From NCBI GenBank assembly GCA_030704615.1, contig CM060733.1, positions 46,624,001 to 46,688,000 of the forward strand: DNA of 64,000 nt. Reading direction: 5' to 3'. How positions within the stretch are numbered: position 1 is the first letter of the stretch; every line of letters begins with the position of its first letter. Source of the DNA: Takakia lepidozioides. Lineage: Eukaryota; Plantae; Bryophyta. The notes below the pieces were generated by a model. It did no database searches. It saw nothing but the letters and a program-made list of their open reading frames with translations, and was not told the DNA's origin. Below are positions 36,741-50,700 of the stretch, one piece after another. A program made the translations under genes and the position numbers.

Positions 36741-37208
36741 TTGGAGGAGAGTGGGCCATGATGCGAGTTGTGTACAGGTGCAATATCATACTGGAAACTC
36801 TACTGCACTTTTTGGGAAATAATTTGGCTTCATAAGGATTGTAATCATAGATCCAAATTGAATGTCGTTGACGACATTCACTTCTTTGTCTGAGTCATTC
36901 TTAAGCGAGAATTTGAATTCACCTGGATTAGAAGCTTATGGTGTAATTATAGTGTCCCTGATTAGAATTGATAATGTCCCTGAATGGCGTTGACGACATT
37001 CACATCCCGAGTTGTTAAGAGGTCCTCATAGTTATGTAAGTTTTTGTAATGTCCATAGAGTTTACAGTGAGGGTTCTTCACTCCAGTTTGCTGAATGTCA
37101 ATGCAGACATTCAGTTGTTCTGCAATGCTTATGCCTCTTGCGAGAAATCTTGAGGCTTAATTAGCTGTGTTATCAGAGATCCAAAGTGAATGTCGTTGAC
37201 AACATTCA
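34217..37208. repeat. Dispersed 22-bp palindrome TGAATGTCG-N4-CGACATTCA (about 11 copies) in the first intron of, and downstream of, the ParB-like gene
   Basis: Best copies at 36859, 36981, 37092, 37187 and 34729; degenerate copies at 34217, 34302, 34421, 34560, 34804 and 34964. Confidence 0.7.
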
Positions 37209-37479
37209 CTTCTATGTCTGTGTCATTCACCAGCGACAATTTGAATTTACATGGAGTAGGAGCTATGTTCAATGCTTCAGCGCCATGAGATCTTGGGTTC
37301 AATCTCCAGCTCCATGATACCTTGGCTAAGTTCATTAATAAAATGTTTGAAGATGCCAATACTTGCCAGGTAGCTGAATAGTACTTTCACCCCATTAAAT
37401 TTTACCCATTTTCTTCTACCAGTTTATTTAGAGTATTTTTGTTTGTTTTTTTGTGTTTAGTGAAAACTAACAAAATCGT

Positions 37480-37761
37480 TGGATTTTAGTTCAAATATGT
37501 GAATAGACTGCTATTTAATCTACCGGACTGATAAAATATTTTAAATCTAATTAAATTAAACAAATATATTTTAAAAATAGAACCGGAACCTAACCGGAAC
37601 CGATGGTTTTTATCAGCAACTAACCGGTAACCGGAACCGCCCCCATGTTTTAAAAGTTGGATCCGGAACCGGCTCAATAAAAAAACCGGAACCGTCTCTT
37701 GAAATAATTGTGGAACCGGAACCGAAGGTTCCTTCACAAATGCAAGAACCGCCCAACACTG
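37480..37761. mobile_element. hAT-type element terminus
   Basis: Clustered AACCGGAACCG subterminal repeats ending in GAACCGCCCAACACTG (TIR 5'-CAGTGTTGGGCGGTTC); other end not seen. Confidence 0.65.
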
Positions 37762-39030
37762 GTGTCATCCCTGTTTTAGGGCAGAAAAAGCCTAGGCCCG
37801 GAGGTCATGCTCGTAAATTGTGGCTACATTCATGCACAAACAACAGACCCACATTTCCTTTCCACGTGGCTCCATCTCAAGCTAATCTGCCACTTGGCGA
37901 CTTCGACGAGCGACCGAACGCGACCGAACGCGACCGAACCGAACGTCGAGGGGGAGGCGAACGAGCATCCCGCCGACAAGTGGCACAATACACGACCAGG
38001 ACCCGATCCTCCCCGGCATATTCGTTTCCACATGTGCACTTATCATGCAATCAAATGCCGTGGACTTTGATAATGCGCACTACACCCCTACCTATCTACT
38101 TATCAACCAATCACATATTGCAGGCGTAGATAAGCCGCACTCCACCTCTTCCTACCACGGTGCCTTTTGGGGCCATCCAAAGGGCGGAGCATGAGGAGGC
38201 GCCACGTTGCATCATGTCTCCTTCTGCACGTCAAACATGCGTCAGCGGTAGGGTTGGTGTGAGGCATATCCGTCGGATATACCGTCGACATCCATTCTGC
38301 AGTTTTAGTGCTCTGCCCACGTGGCTCAGCTCAGCCCATTGATGCGGAGAGGCGTATAGGTGGCATCATCTGGGTGGTTAATGGTAAGGTGAGAGCGGGA
38401 AAGACTGCCCTGGTCGGACCGGATTTGAAAACAAAGTCGGGCCTGGTGCTGTATATTGAGCTGCTGCGATTCCTGTCTGCGTGCCTTTGGAATCAAGCTC
38501 ATGATTTGATCTGCTGCATTCTCTGCTTCTGGACTTGGCGCTTTCTATCGCTGTGTCTCCAACCTTGCCGTGCTCATGTGCTGCTCAAAAAGAGTTTGTG
38601 AGGTCTAAAAGTTCAGTGAAAGAGTCTGGATGGACTTCTATCGAGTGATCGGGATGGACTAGGGTGCGCGCGAGCGTGTCTGTGGTGATAATGAGGTACT
38701 ACACGAGCGGTACCATGCGGTGAGGCTGGATGTTTGGGAAGAGAGGACGCGTTCGAAGAGTATGGATAGGGTGGATTGGGAGAGGTTGCAGTGAGGAATT
38801 GCTTCTGCGTCAGTTCATTCTTACGCAGCTCGTTCATTCTGAGGAATTTCAACAAATGTGATCAGGCAGTTAAGGCGAATGGATTGGAGAGGGGCTTAAG
38901 CTGTGGTAAGCAGGGCTTGGAAAATATTTGCCTCTCTCCGTCCACGGTTTCAAATAGATCAGTCACGGATTGCACGACTGAAGAATACTGGAATTCGACT
39001 AGTAACTCTTCGCAGGGTTCCTCAATAAGA

Positions 39031-42000
39031 ATGGGGAGCCCTCGCTGGCTAAGAGAGGAACGGATGAAAAGTGAGTCGTCGACTGCTTTCAAAGTGTTGG
39101 AGAGTGTGGTGGTGCGAGTTATTGAGAGCGTGCGGGCAAACGGCTATGGGGAGGACGTTTGCATGCAGCTTCGTGACCACTGTTCTCGCCTGCCGGCTCG
39201 GTATAACCTCTTCTCCCTATGTTTTTGTTCCATCACACAAGTTGTATCTGAAACTCTCTTCCAAACGTGTCGAGCTCATCATATTGTTTTGTTTGGTCTC
39301 TCTCTCCCTTTACCGGTCGCCTACCGTCCTTTGTTTATTTCAAACTAAAGAATTGAACAGAAATTCACTGCCCGGCATTGGATCTCACGATTCATGCATT
39401 GCGTCCTTATGCCGTTAAGTGGTGCGATTCGATCTTGTACAAGATGTCGCGTACAGCGGCCGTGTTGTGTATTCCTTTTTCAGCGATTAACGCTGTCAAT
39501 CAGGTCCGAATCTATGGTGTCCAGCGCACAAAGTTTTCTCGGGAAGTTGCCAGACCTTACAATTAATTCGCTGTTATCGTCCATTTCGGCCACTCATTGT
39601 AACAGTAGCCGAAGTGTACGCATGGTTAATTTCTAGAGTTTGTCCCTCACATGTTCTGTCCAAAGGTGTTGGCGAGTTTAGAGCTTTATCTAACTTCAGA
39701 TGTAAAAAATTGGAGTGACATTGCATGAGATGACAGTCTCTGTTCATGCTCCCATCTTGGAACCAGATGCAGCAAAGAGAGTAAACTTACAATATGATCT
39801 AGGATTTGCATCCTGGTCTTAGCAACTTTGGTTGACATTGCCAGGTTTTGTTCAACAAGTGAACCTATTTTTTCTCTCAGCTAGAACTACTATACTCTAT
39901 ATGACTGGATCTGACCACTGAACTTTGGTTGGTCAACATAGTACTCTATCTCCGAACTAGTCAACTTTAGAAGTTGTTGCCTAGGGGATCTGGCCTTGAT
40001 TTGCTAGCACCATTGTATATGTATGCATAGGTATCTTAACTGAATAGTCCAAAGATGAATTTCTACATCTAGGAGGTTGGTATCTGAGTTGGGTGAACCT
40101 AAATATCTGTGCAAATAATTGTCCTCTCTGCGATCAACTGGGGTGAAGGCGGTATGATAAATATGTGGTCCTTTTTAATCTGCAAGGCATTTGATTTTGG
40201 TAGGGAGTTATCGAGTAGGAATGTGTCAAACAGGATAACTACCCTTGTACAGGCATCAACGTGTAGTTTGCCTTCACCTCCCCCTCCACAGAATAGTAGT
40301 GTATGGCATTGGCAACACCTCAGACCCGGGCAGTTGCTAGTCTCATTCAGTAGATTCCATCGGGGCATTCTGCATCTCAGACAGTGACTGTCGAATTTGT
40401 ACGTCTGGGGCTTTCCTGTATGGGAGCCCTGTTTCTTCATACCTCCCCCCTTCAACAGTTACAAAATCAGAGACAACTTATCTCTCAGATGGATTTTGAT
40501 TAATATGCCTTGAAGCCGCTAACCCCAGGGAACGGTCATTTCAGTACAGCTATGAAGTCCGTAGATGTATTTTTACACCTTTTGAAGATGAGGTTAGAGA
40601 CTCGAGGATGTGTAATTTAGCTTGAGAGATGTGGTTCGACAGAGCCTGGCCTGGAAAAGTTAAAAAAAGGGATGAGTTGTCTTAATTTGCAGGTACACCC
40701 TAAACATTGATGCCGACAGATATGAAGATGTGTTACTTCACATGAACTTGCTTCAAGAGGCTCGTGAAGCTGAAGAGGGTTCTATTGGCAGCAGCACATC
40801 TCATGAACCTGTTGTCCCTCAATTCAATGTACGAAAAGTCCAGCTTTCTTTGGGTTCCCACTCTGAGGATGATTTTAGTAGCAGCACCTGTCCACAGAAT
40901 GACCTTCGATCCAGCTGCTGTGGAATCAAAATCCCCAAACCTGCCTTTGGGTCGAGCACGAATCTGGCAGGCTTGGGGAGCCCAAAAGTCCATCCTTTGA
41001 GAGGTAGCTTCTCTCGCCCGAGATCAGGTCCTCCCCGAGGTACACCTTCTCGAATGACACCACCTGGCAGTCAAGCTTGTTCTATCCCCCGCCCAGCATT
41101 TGGGAACTTCACCAATCCTTTGCATATGGATGACGAAAGCATAGGGTGCAATAGTGACCACGAGGGTGCTGGCCCAGCTTATGGATACGAAATCACGTTA
41201 GCTACCGCAGACAGGCATGGACTATTGAAGTATTTTACGAGGGCAATAAGTAGTATTTCTTGCGAATTGAATATCAAGGTGTGTCTTCATGACCGTGTCA
41301 ATGCCATTAGATTGTCCCAAGTCACAAATATGTTTGAAGATGCATCTGGAAGTGGGGTCACCTTAATCATCTTGGCAATGCTAGTATTGTCCTTAACCAC
41401 GATGAGGAGTTATGTGTTGTGTTGAGGCACTGGGCCACCTTTCATGCCTTGTGTCTGTTCTATCCTGCATTAGATAGTCTATGATTTAGTGATGTCACTG
41501 TTGCTTCAAGTGCATATGAATGTCGATGGCTGGTCCATTTGCAGGAAGCTCACGTGTTCAGCACAACCGATCGAATGGCGTTGGAGGTGTTTGTGGTTGA
41601 AGGATGGGGTGGCGATGAGGTGAGCTTCTTTAAGACCTTTGTTGCCAGCATATTTGCAGAAATGCTGGGTTTATCTGCCATATGATCTCTCTGTTGACAT
41701 ACATCTAGGGGGCATAGTTTCATATCCTAATGATCCTCATGAAAAGATCGAAGATGTTCTGGGGCTGGAAGTGAGCAGAGACTTGTTTCCGAGTCCTGTA
41801 ATATTATGCATTGCGTAGTGTCAGGTAGTGTAGAGCAAGATCACCCGTAATACAAAAGGTATCTTGACCAAATGGTTTTGGCAATCTGAGTTTGCATTCT
41901 AATTATCTTCTGTAAAATGCATATTCAACCTACTTGCATGTACTATTTGTTAGAAACTGGCGGTCATCTGGAGGTTGGTGGCCCTCGTGTCAACTTCAAT

Positions 42001-45000
42001 TTCTCTGGGCTTTCATAGCCTTTTCTTTGAGAGTGTCCTAGAACAGGATTGTGTCTTGTCAAATGGGCACCCTGTACTGACTGGAAGAGGCTAATCAGAT
42101 GTTGAAATGATTTATGACCTTTTGGGTAGCTGCTCCAAAGAATGAATTCTCCAATAGTCTGATCCAAGTCACTTCAGCACCATTTGGTGTTTTCATTCAG
42201 AAAATCATGGTCATAAGTCTTGTTACTTATGCAAGATTTTCTACAAATCTGTGCAGCCTGAGGAACTTGCACGAGAATTACTTTTGGCTTTAAATGACAA
42301 GCTGGGGGAGAGGTCCCCTGAGTGTAGAGCTGCTGAGTTACAGGCAGCTGCTGAAGCTATTCAATATGAAGATTGGGCTGTTGACCATAGCCAGGTGTGT
42401 TTCTCTATTTTATTCTTGTTAGGAGAGGGAGGAACCTGACATCAGTAACTTGTACAAATCAGAAAGTCCCCATATGCAAGTGGAATGTTGTACCACTTTT
42501 TCAAACTGTAAATCCCTTTCCTTCCCTTCTTAGCTGAGGATTTTCCAGGATATAACCTCCAGGGTTCTAATGTGGTTCAAACTGCCAGGCTCCCTCTCTT
42601 TCGCCAGAGAGAGTTCAGTGTTTCCTCGCTCTGCAGTCAGTGTTCCACTTTGACATCGGACTCGAATCAAGCTTTGATACTGTCCGGATGAAGCCGCTTT
42701 CCCTGTCCCAAGGCTAAAGGGTTCAGGATGGTTCCATGTACATGGAGCTTCTATAGTTTCCTTGCTGTATCCTGAGCAGTGTCAGTATGATGGGGTAGGA
42801 CTCACAGACTTGGTATTTGGTAATAATGACAGCTGGTGATAGGTGAAAAGATTGGAAATGGGTCATCAGGCCAAATGTACCGTGGAAAATATCTGAGCCA
42901 AGATGTTGCAATCAAAATCTTTTCACTAGATGGCAACAACATCAACCTAGACTCCGATTCTCTGTCAAGTTTTCCAGCAAAGGAGTGCTTTCAGACATTC
43001 AAGCAAGAGGTTTCTATCATGAGGTAAACCATGCAGGGTATTTTGCCAGTTAGTAATCTGCAATTAGCAACCCCATTCTCGTGGGAATATTTCTAAGTAG
43101 CTCATCCTCAGCTGTGCTTATTGTGGCTTGTCCATTCAACTACTCTTGACCTTTCACATTGGCTTGAACATGACAAATGGTCTTAAAAGTTTATGGATGA
43201 GTCCAGGTTGCTTATTATCTTCCTAGGTGGTTTAACCTGGTTTTCTGTGGGAGTACGTTAATTATGGTACATTGAGATAGTGGCATTGACATGAAACACA
43301 TGCACGTTTTCACAGGCTAGTGAGGCATAAGAACCTGGTGCAGTTCATAGGCGCATGTTCATGGTGGCCCAAGGTTTACATTGTCACAGAACTTATGGCT
43401 GGTGGAAGGTATGTGCATGTTTCCCTCTCTTTTGGTCTCAAAAATCCTCATTATAAATTGTCACACCAGACTCAGTTTGAGACAAGGGCCATTGGACTGG
43501 AAGGATGCAGAAAACAACAGCAAGAATCTGAGTGTTGCCTGCAGGCAAAGTGCCTCATGCAGGCAAGCTGCCAGGGAAGTAAAGAAAGAAAGAAATGAAA
43601 TAACACTGAATTACATCCATGGAAAGCTCACAGAGCTTATGGAACAAGAGAACGCATGAATCAAGAAAAAGCGGGGCCCCCAACAAGGAGCCTAAAACAA
43701 GTATTGTCAATGCATTGTCAGAGATCTAATACCTTGTCCAGATATTCTGCCAAAATGAAATGAAATGGTACCTCATTACGTCCATGGAAAGCTGAAAGAA
43801 AGAAAGGAACCTCATGAAGTACTCGAAGTTTAAAGGGCTGAAATAGTGGAGGAGAGTACTCGTAAAACATTGTTTGCTGTAGCGTTCTGGCCATAGACCC
43901 TGTGGACAGTTTGGGCGGAATGTACTCATGAGACATTGTTTGCTGAGTCTTGTGGCCAAATAGTGGAAGAGAGAAAGGTACAAACAAAGCCATTTTATGT
44001 AGAGTCTCTTTGGCCCAGGAACACACGTAAAGCAAAAACAAGAATTAGAAGTCACTTCAGAAAAATCAAATGACAGCTGATGATGAAGTTCCTCATGCTG
44101 GTAAGCTGCCAGCCACTTCAGGTCAACAATTTTATGGAATGGTGTTGGCATTCTTTGGCTGGAGGGGTACATGCAGTGTGCGAGACTTGTTGGAGAGTAG
44201 GAGGTCTGGCTTGGATGTCCCATCAGCAGTGAAAGTGCTTCGAGATGCTGCCAGGGGCATGGACTTCCTACACAAGTAAGACCGAAAGCTTGAGCTAATC
44301 AAACGATGAAGTCTCTTCATATGACTTCACATCACTTACCCGTATGTTATGTGGAAGCATTGAGTTCTGTACATTCAAGTGGGTCTGCTATGAAAGTTCT
44401 GGCTATCTTTTTCCTTTGAGTTTCCACTGGCTTCATATTCCTGCAGGGAGTTGCAGTTCAGCTAAATAGTTTTCTCTTCATGAGGTTGTCTCAGATACTT
44501 TTTCTTGGGAGAGTTGTTGAAAGGTAGGCTGATCTCACATGAGCCCTTGATGAAGTTCAGAGTCCAAGTCATGTGAGTGTCCCTTGGAATTGGAGTCCTT
44601 CACTGAAGATCTTTCCATGGGGAGATTGGGTTTGTCTGTATGCACCAGTATCCTGTTTTGTCCATATGAGCTCCTAACTCTGAACTGTGGGACAGGAGAG
44701 GAATTGTGCACCGAGATTTGAAGGCTGCAAATTTGCTCATTGATGAACATGATGTAAGCCAACGCATCTTCTCATGTGTCATTTGTCTGTGTGGATTATG
44801 GTGTATGAAAGAGAGATGGTGAATTTTGGAGGAGATTGAAGCACTGGTTAGTGCTTCAAATGATTTTTTATTGGTCTTGCTAGAAAAATATGACAGTGAT
44901 AGCAACCTCTGATCTGGAGTTAACTCAAAGATATTGACAGAGAGCTTTACTGTTCACAAGCTGCAGTACTAAGACTTGAGATCTAAATGATATGGGAGAA

Positions 45001-47786
45001 CTATACTTACAAGATATGAGAACCACTGGAGCCTGAGTCCTCCCTTGCTCCCTACTCAAAAATGATAGCTGTAGGAGTGTACTGACTGTAGATGCTGGAC
45101 TTCTCCTCTCAGCAATCTACGAGGATAGAACAGCAGCCTGTGTGCTGCGCTTTGCCTTAGCCTCCCCCTTCAATTCTCAACAAAGGGGTGCGCCTCCCCT
45201 AGCCGTCATAAGCCCTAATTACCTAACTAACTGTCCTAATGGTTAACTGAATCTGAGCTGACTTTCAACAGGTGTGAGTGTGCAAAGACCTCTTAGTACT
45301 GGCTATGATGTAAGGCTTTAGACCAAGTTGAGAGTTAATCCAAATGTCCATGTACCAGGTTGATTTTGAAATAAGAGCTGGCATTGTAGAAAAGCACTCC
45401 TAATCTACCCTTCTCGAGTGACAGATGTGATGTTGTTTCCATGACGGTCAGTTTATGGAAAAGGAGATGGGAAGAAGGAGGATAAGTTTTTCTCATGGAA
45501 AATGCAAGAGAATGGATGACAGGTAGTGAAGATTTGTGACTTTGGCATAGCTCGCTTGGAGCCTCCTACTGTTAGTAGCTCAAGGGAAATGACAGCAGAG
45601 ACAGGAACTTACCGCTGGATGGCACCTGAGGTAGACAATTTTATCTTCCTCAATACTTCTTTGACTGCTTGTTGTCTATGAAAGTGATCATTGGGGAGTC
45701 CGGAATGACCAGGCTCTGCAAGCCTGGGAGGTGAAATAGCTCCCACAGTTTTCAAACCTTACACTATTTTTTTTTAACGACTAGGCTTAAAACCTGCACA
45801 AACCCAGTAAATATATCACCAGACATAGGTGAATGCAGGTGGACGGCCTGAAGGTAGCTTGCATGAATGCTTCTCCGTTGGTGTATCCAGGGTCATATTG
45901 GTCAGACCTTGGCCACTTCCTTCTGTTGAGAGTTGCCATTTCAAGTGCATAGGGTCTCTGGACCAATATTTACCTGATCACACATGGAATCTTCTACATA
46001 GAGACCATTGACAATAGGCATCTTCTTTGCACTTTACCGTCATCTTTTATTGTATCTGAGGCTTGAGACTGACACATGGCTTTCATTGTGTAGGTATTGG
46101 AGCATAAGCCATATGACCACAAAGCAGATGTCTACTCATTTGGCATCACCCTGTGGTACATCTCTCTCTCTCCTTTGTTGTCCTTTGTTGTCCCTTGCGG
46201 CCTCCCATGGAAGTAATACATCTTGTTTTTTCTCTCGCTTTTCCTCTGTCTGCTCCCTTGGTCAATAGGTCTTTGTGGGGTGCTTGTTGGGGGCCCCAAT
46301 CTCTTCCTGCTGAATGCTTTCTGTTGCCCCATAAGCTCTTTGAGCTTTCCACGGACGCCATAAACTATCATTTTATTTGATTTCCGTTCCTGTCCTGCCC
46401 TGTACTTCTGGGTCTATGACTGCAAGTCTATGGCAACCAAGGACGGAGAACATTGCTTGTAGGACGTAGATGAGTGTCATGAGGTCATGGTCAGGGTCAT
46501 GGAGTGGAAGAGAAATTTATATTAGATATAATGTCAATGCAGGCTTGCCTGGTCATGTGGTGAGTCTGGAATCAGTTTGAAAGTTAGTTCCACTTTTGGA
46601 TTGAGCATGGCCTCCCCGCTCCAGCTGGAGGGCAGGATCTTATGGCGTCACAGCTTTTGGATGTTCACTCTCTTTCTCTGTGTGAGGGTTAAACTAACTT
46701 GATTTCCCATTTATTTGGAGCAGGGAGGTTTTGACAGGAGAGGTGCCATACTGGGGTTTGACACCCCTGCAGGCAGCCATTGGTGTTGTACAGCGGTATG
46801 TCCAATGCCTTGCTCTCTTATAATAAAAACCTTGATTGTATGAGTATGATTGCATTTTCTGATTATTCCCTGGAAGCATGTCATTTTCAGGGTGATTTGC
46901 CAGTTGCGTGTATTGTACCAGTGGGAAAAAAATATCCAGGGGATGATTGTAAGTATCAAAAGCAAGCTGACATGGTTGGATTATCTTTAAGGGGGCTCCG
47001 CCCAGTTATTCCCTCTTCTGTCCCTGAGAAGTTGGCGACTCTAGCGCAATATTGTTGGCAGCAAGAACCAAGGCAGCGGCCTGAATTTAGCGAGGTACAT
47101 CCCTGGAAACTTTTGTGCCTGTCACGAAAAGAAATTGTGTTGTCCTTGCCTACAATCTTCAGGCTGATTTTTCCTGGATCTGGTGCTCATTGTGAAATTG
47201 TTCCTAGCCTATTCCAATATATAGATCATTGAATAACCACTTTGGATGTTTCAAGAGCGATGGTTAGGCTGAGCAGGGCCCTGTTTTGTGGTGAAGTTAT
47301 AACCAGGTTAGGACATCCAAGAGATTTGAATGGTTTGAAGCAAACCTATTCAGCAGTTTAAGAGAGATACTTAGTGTACTAATTTCAACTCATGTGTGCT
47401 GTTGTTGAGTTCTCCTACGCTTCAGAATAGTATGATGGCAGGAGATATTTCTTTCTCATACCATGGAGGGTAGTGCTTGTGTGCTAGGAGGCCAACCATC
47501 CAGTCGGGTAGAGTTGTGGCAAGGCAACAGTGGTTGAGGCTTGATTCCAATCTTAGTTGAATGCCTAGTTGCATTTCTTCCTTGGAAGACCATAAATTTA
47601 CCCCTGGATATGGTCTACGATATCCCTCTCCAATTGGAACCATCAGCTTCTGACTTTTTCAATGGTCTGAACTGACATGCCATGCATTTGTAGGTGCTAA
47701 CAGTGCTAGAGGAGATGGTAACTCCACCAACCCTCTTCAGGAGAGGCTTGTTTGGGAAGAAGCTGCTATCCCACCACAATTTGTGA
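39031..47786 (+). CDS. ACT-domain Raf-like Ser/Thr/Tyr kinase (STY8/17/46 family), 13 exons
   Basis: Exons ~39031-39200, 40693-41278, 41545-41619, 42257-42395, 42833-43023, 43316-43408, 44176-44275, 44696-44754, 45523-45630, 46094-46156, 46724-46795, 46992-47094, 47694-47786. Motifs [13 protein letters not shown] ([13 protein letters not shown]...EAHVFST), [32 protein letters not shown]. Start codon uncertain. Confidence 0.93.
43585..43800 (-). repeat. Intronic short retroposon-like repeat with (CATTT)n tail; also at ~46160-46390 and ~59815-59900 (+)
   Basis: Shared core CCATAAGCTCTnTGAGCTTTCCRYGGAYG followed by CATTT-like repeats at three loci. Confidence 0.65.
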
Positions 47787-50700
47787 CTGTCACTTGGTAT
47801 CATAGAAACCCTTCCAACGAAGTCCAAGCTGTCCAATTTGGTATAGTTCTTCGTCTGTATTTTCGTGTACATGCCTACATTCATCTTTTGATTTGGTATG
47901 ATTTTTTTTGTATCTAATTCTTAGCATTGAACATCCACTCACCAGGATCAAAGCACCAGGATGGTGTGCCTGCAACAAGTTAGGGTAGTGCCTCAGTATA
48001 GTATGCATTCACCTTGACTTGCCAATTGGATCATTTCAAACAAGAGACATTGTATCATTATTGGCCCCAAGTTTGGGTGGGCCCTGTCCATTAAAGGATG
48101 GCCCAGGAATTGAAAAGGGGGGATGAATAGTAAGCTACACCAGGATTTGAGGAAACAATCAATGTGTAGGGGGTCCAAAAAATGATGGTAGGAAGGCGAC
48201 AGCTATTAAATGGAAGATGGTTCAGGTGCCAATTTGGTTTAGATAGAGTTGGTGAGAAGTGGTGGTTTCTAGGGGTGACATGTGTGGGTCAGCCTTCTAG
48301 AAAGGTCTAAGAGGTGGGGGCCGCCAACCTGAGAGGGTATATAAAGGAGAACAGCACTCTCTTTCCTCTAAGTTAGGACCTACTTTAGTGGGCTCTGCAC
48401 ATGCAGGGCCCAAGAAAATGCAAACATGAACCATAGCTATGTTAATTAATAGAACAGGTGAGCAGATTGGCATAGTCTATTCATGAGAGAATTTTTTAGC
48501 AGTCATGTGAGGATTTTGAAGGTTTCAGCTATGTACAGCAAGGTGTTGCCTGGCATATCTTACTGGCCCTTCCTTTCATTCACCAATCTTTTTTCCAGGA
48601 CCACTAGCAAGATCTAAAACTTTGGAGTACTCATGCATACAGCCTTGGATCTGCAGAATGCTTATGTCACATGGAAGCCTTTGTCATGAACTAACTCTTC
48701 AAATCCATTTTCCTTATGGAGGATTGGTAAATTTCATTAGAGTGCATGGACTAATAACAGGAACTACCACTGACAAGTACACCGAAGTCAGTGGAGCTGT
48801 GTTGAACCTGAGCAGTAGACAAACAGAGAGTGCTGCTGAAGAACATGGGTAACATGTCCTGACTAGGGTGAAATAGTTGTGTCATCACTGCACACTCTGC
48901 AAATTCGGAAGTGGCAAAAGATGCAGGTAGCATATGAAAATGTCTTGATACACAAACCTCAAACAGCTTTCTGGGTTTGTGGAGGTGAAAGGAGCACCAA
49001 AGTTGATGGCAGGCACATGGCTATACCTCAAACACATGCTCTGCGAAGCGAGCGGCAAGCAGGCAAAGTCATCCTTGACAATGCCAGCAGAATCCTTGAG
49101 CCAAGTATGTCATCTTCAAACCCCAAATCCAACTTGAATACTGTTTTGAATTAGCCCACTTTCCCTTCAACTGGAAACTTGAAAGGCTCTATCAACAACT
49201 CATCACCTCATCACCTCATCGAGCAAGTACCTAGAGCTGTACTGAACTAACCTTTCCACTACAGCTTCATGCAGCATCCACACGAGTCCCAGTCAGTACA
49301 GAATTTATGCTTCAGACTTCCCTTCAACCACCTCAGTACATACTGCAAAGTACTACAACATTGGCTATCTACTTTTCCAGCACAGTACCGTCAGCAAAGC
49401 GTGCCTGCAAGCAGATGAACATCAAAAGATTGAGAGATCAGACAAATTCCCGTCCTGAACACTTTAAAGTGTGGCCATGGTCGCATGTGGTGCTCTGTTT
49501 TGTCACGTGGATTGCATGTATCTTCTGATTATTCTCGCAGCCGTCAAGTAGATGACCTGTAACACATGCACCTTCCTTCCACGCAGGGACAGAAGCTGCG
49601 CAAACACTCCAACTTCTGCGATCGGATCTACTTACACTCCGTCCTTGCGATCTTGAATCTCAAGCTAAGTTCCAACCTTGTCCATTTCGATTTTCCTCAT
49701 CACATTTCACAAAATGCTCCATTCCAACAAGGATCCTAGTCGTGCTTTAGATTTCCAGTGTTTTTCCCAGATCATCGCTGGCAACAAGCGTGTGTACTCC
49801 CGAAATGCCGCTGCTTTATACCCTCGCAGTTATGAGTTGGGATCCATAAAAGCAGACCGGTACAGGAGTCTGGCTACCTGCCACACACGCCTGTGTGGGA
49901 ATTGAGGTTATAATATAGTATCTCTGACACCGCTTTCCAACATCCCCTCGTCCTTGAAAAGTGAATGTCTGCTTCTCCAGCATGTCACTCGCATCCACTA
50001 ACTACCCACAAATGCCAAAAGCGGAGAGATGCCGCGTTCCCACATAGATCCTCAACAAATAAACCCCGCCCCAAATTTGGAGGTCCAGACTCCAAAATGT
50101 CAAGCAGGAGGAGCAACGCGACATCTTAGTTGGAATTTGGAGAAAGCTCCAACTGAAGGCGTGTGATGTAATTTAAGTTAAGTTAGGGATCTCACATCTC
50201 AACCCGCCTCGCTTGTTTTGAATGTGCAGATTGCAGATACCTAGGTAGATCTCTTGATGCAAGGCCATAACTCCCTGCCGTAAGACACCGACGTACGTAT
50301 GTACTCCCATTGGGGTGGTGTAAGCTGATTTAAAGGGGAAGGCTGCATGCTGCTGAGCATATTGGAGTAAAGGAGGGACCATGATATGGTCGGTTAGGCA
50401 TTTAACAGCAGAGGGGTGTTTTCTCGAATCCCGGTGCATAGCCGCCATAGGGTGGTTGCTAGATGAATAGTGGGCTCCGATCTCATCATCGTCGTCAGCA
50501 GAGCTCTAAATTAGTACGTCTTGATCATCCCACCATCATCGGTTGATGATGATCGAGTCTGGTAGTTGCGTGGCGTGAAAGAGGGGATATGGGCAGGTGT
50601 CGATGTGGAAGAGGGGAGGGAAGCTGCCCTGCAGGGGATGTCCTTTTGCATAACCGGCTGTGAGCCGCTGCTGTGGCTTACCCATCTTTTGTCTGACGCG

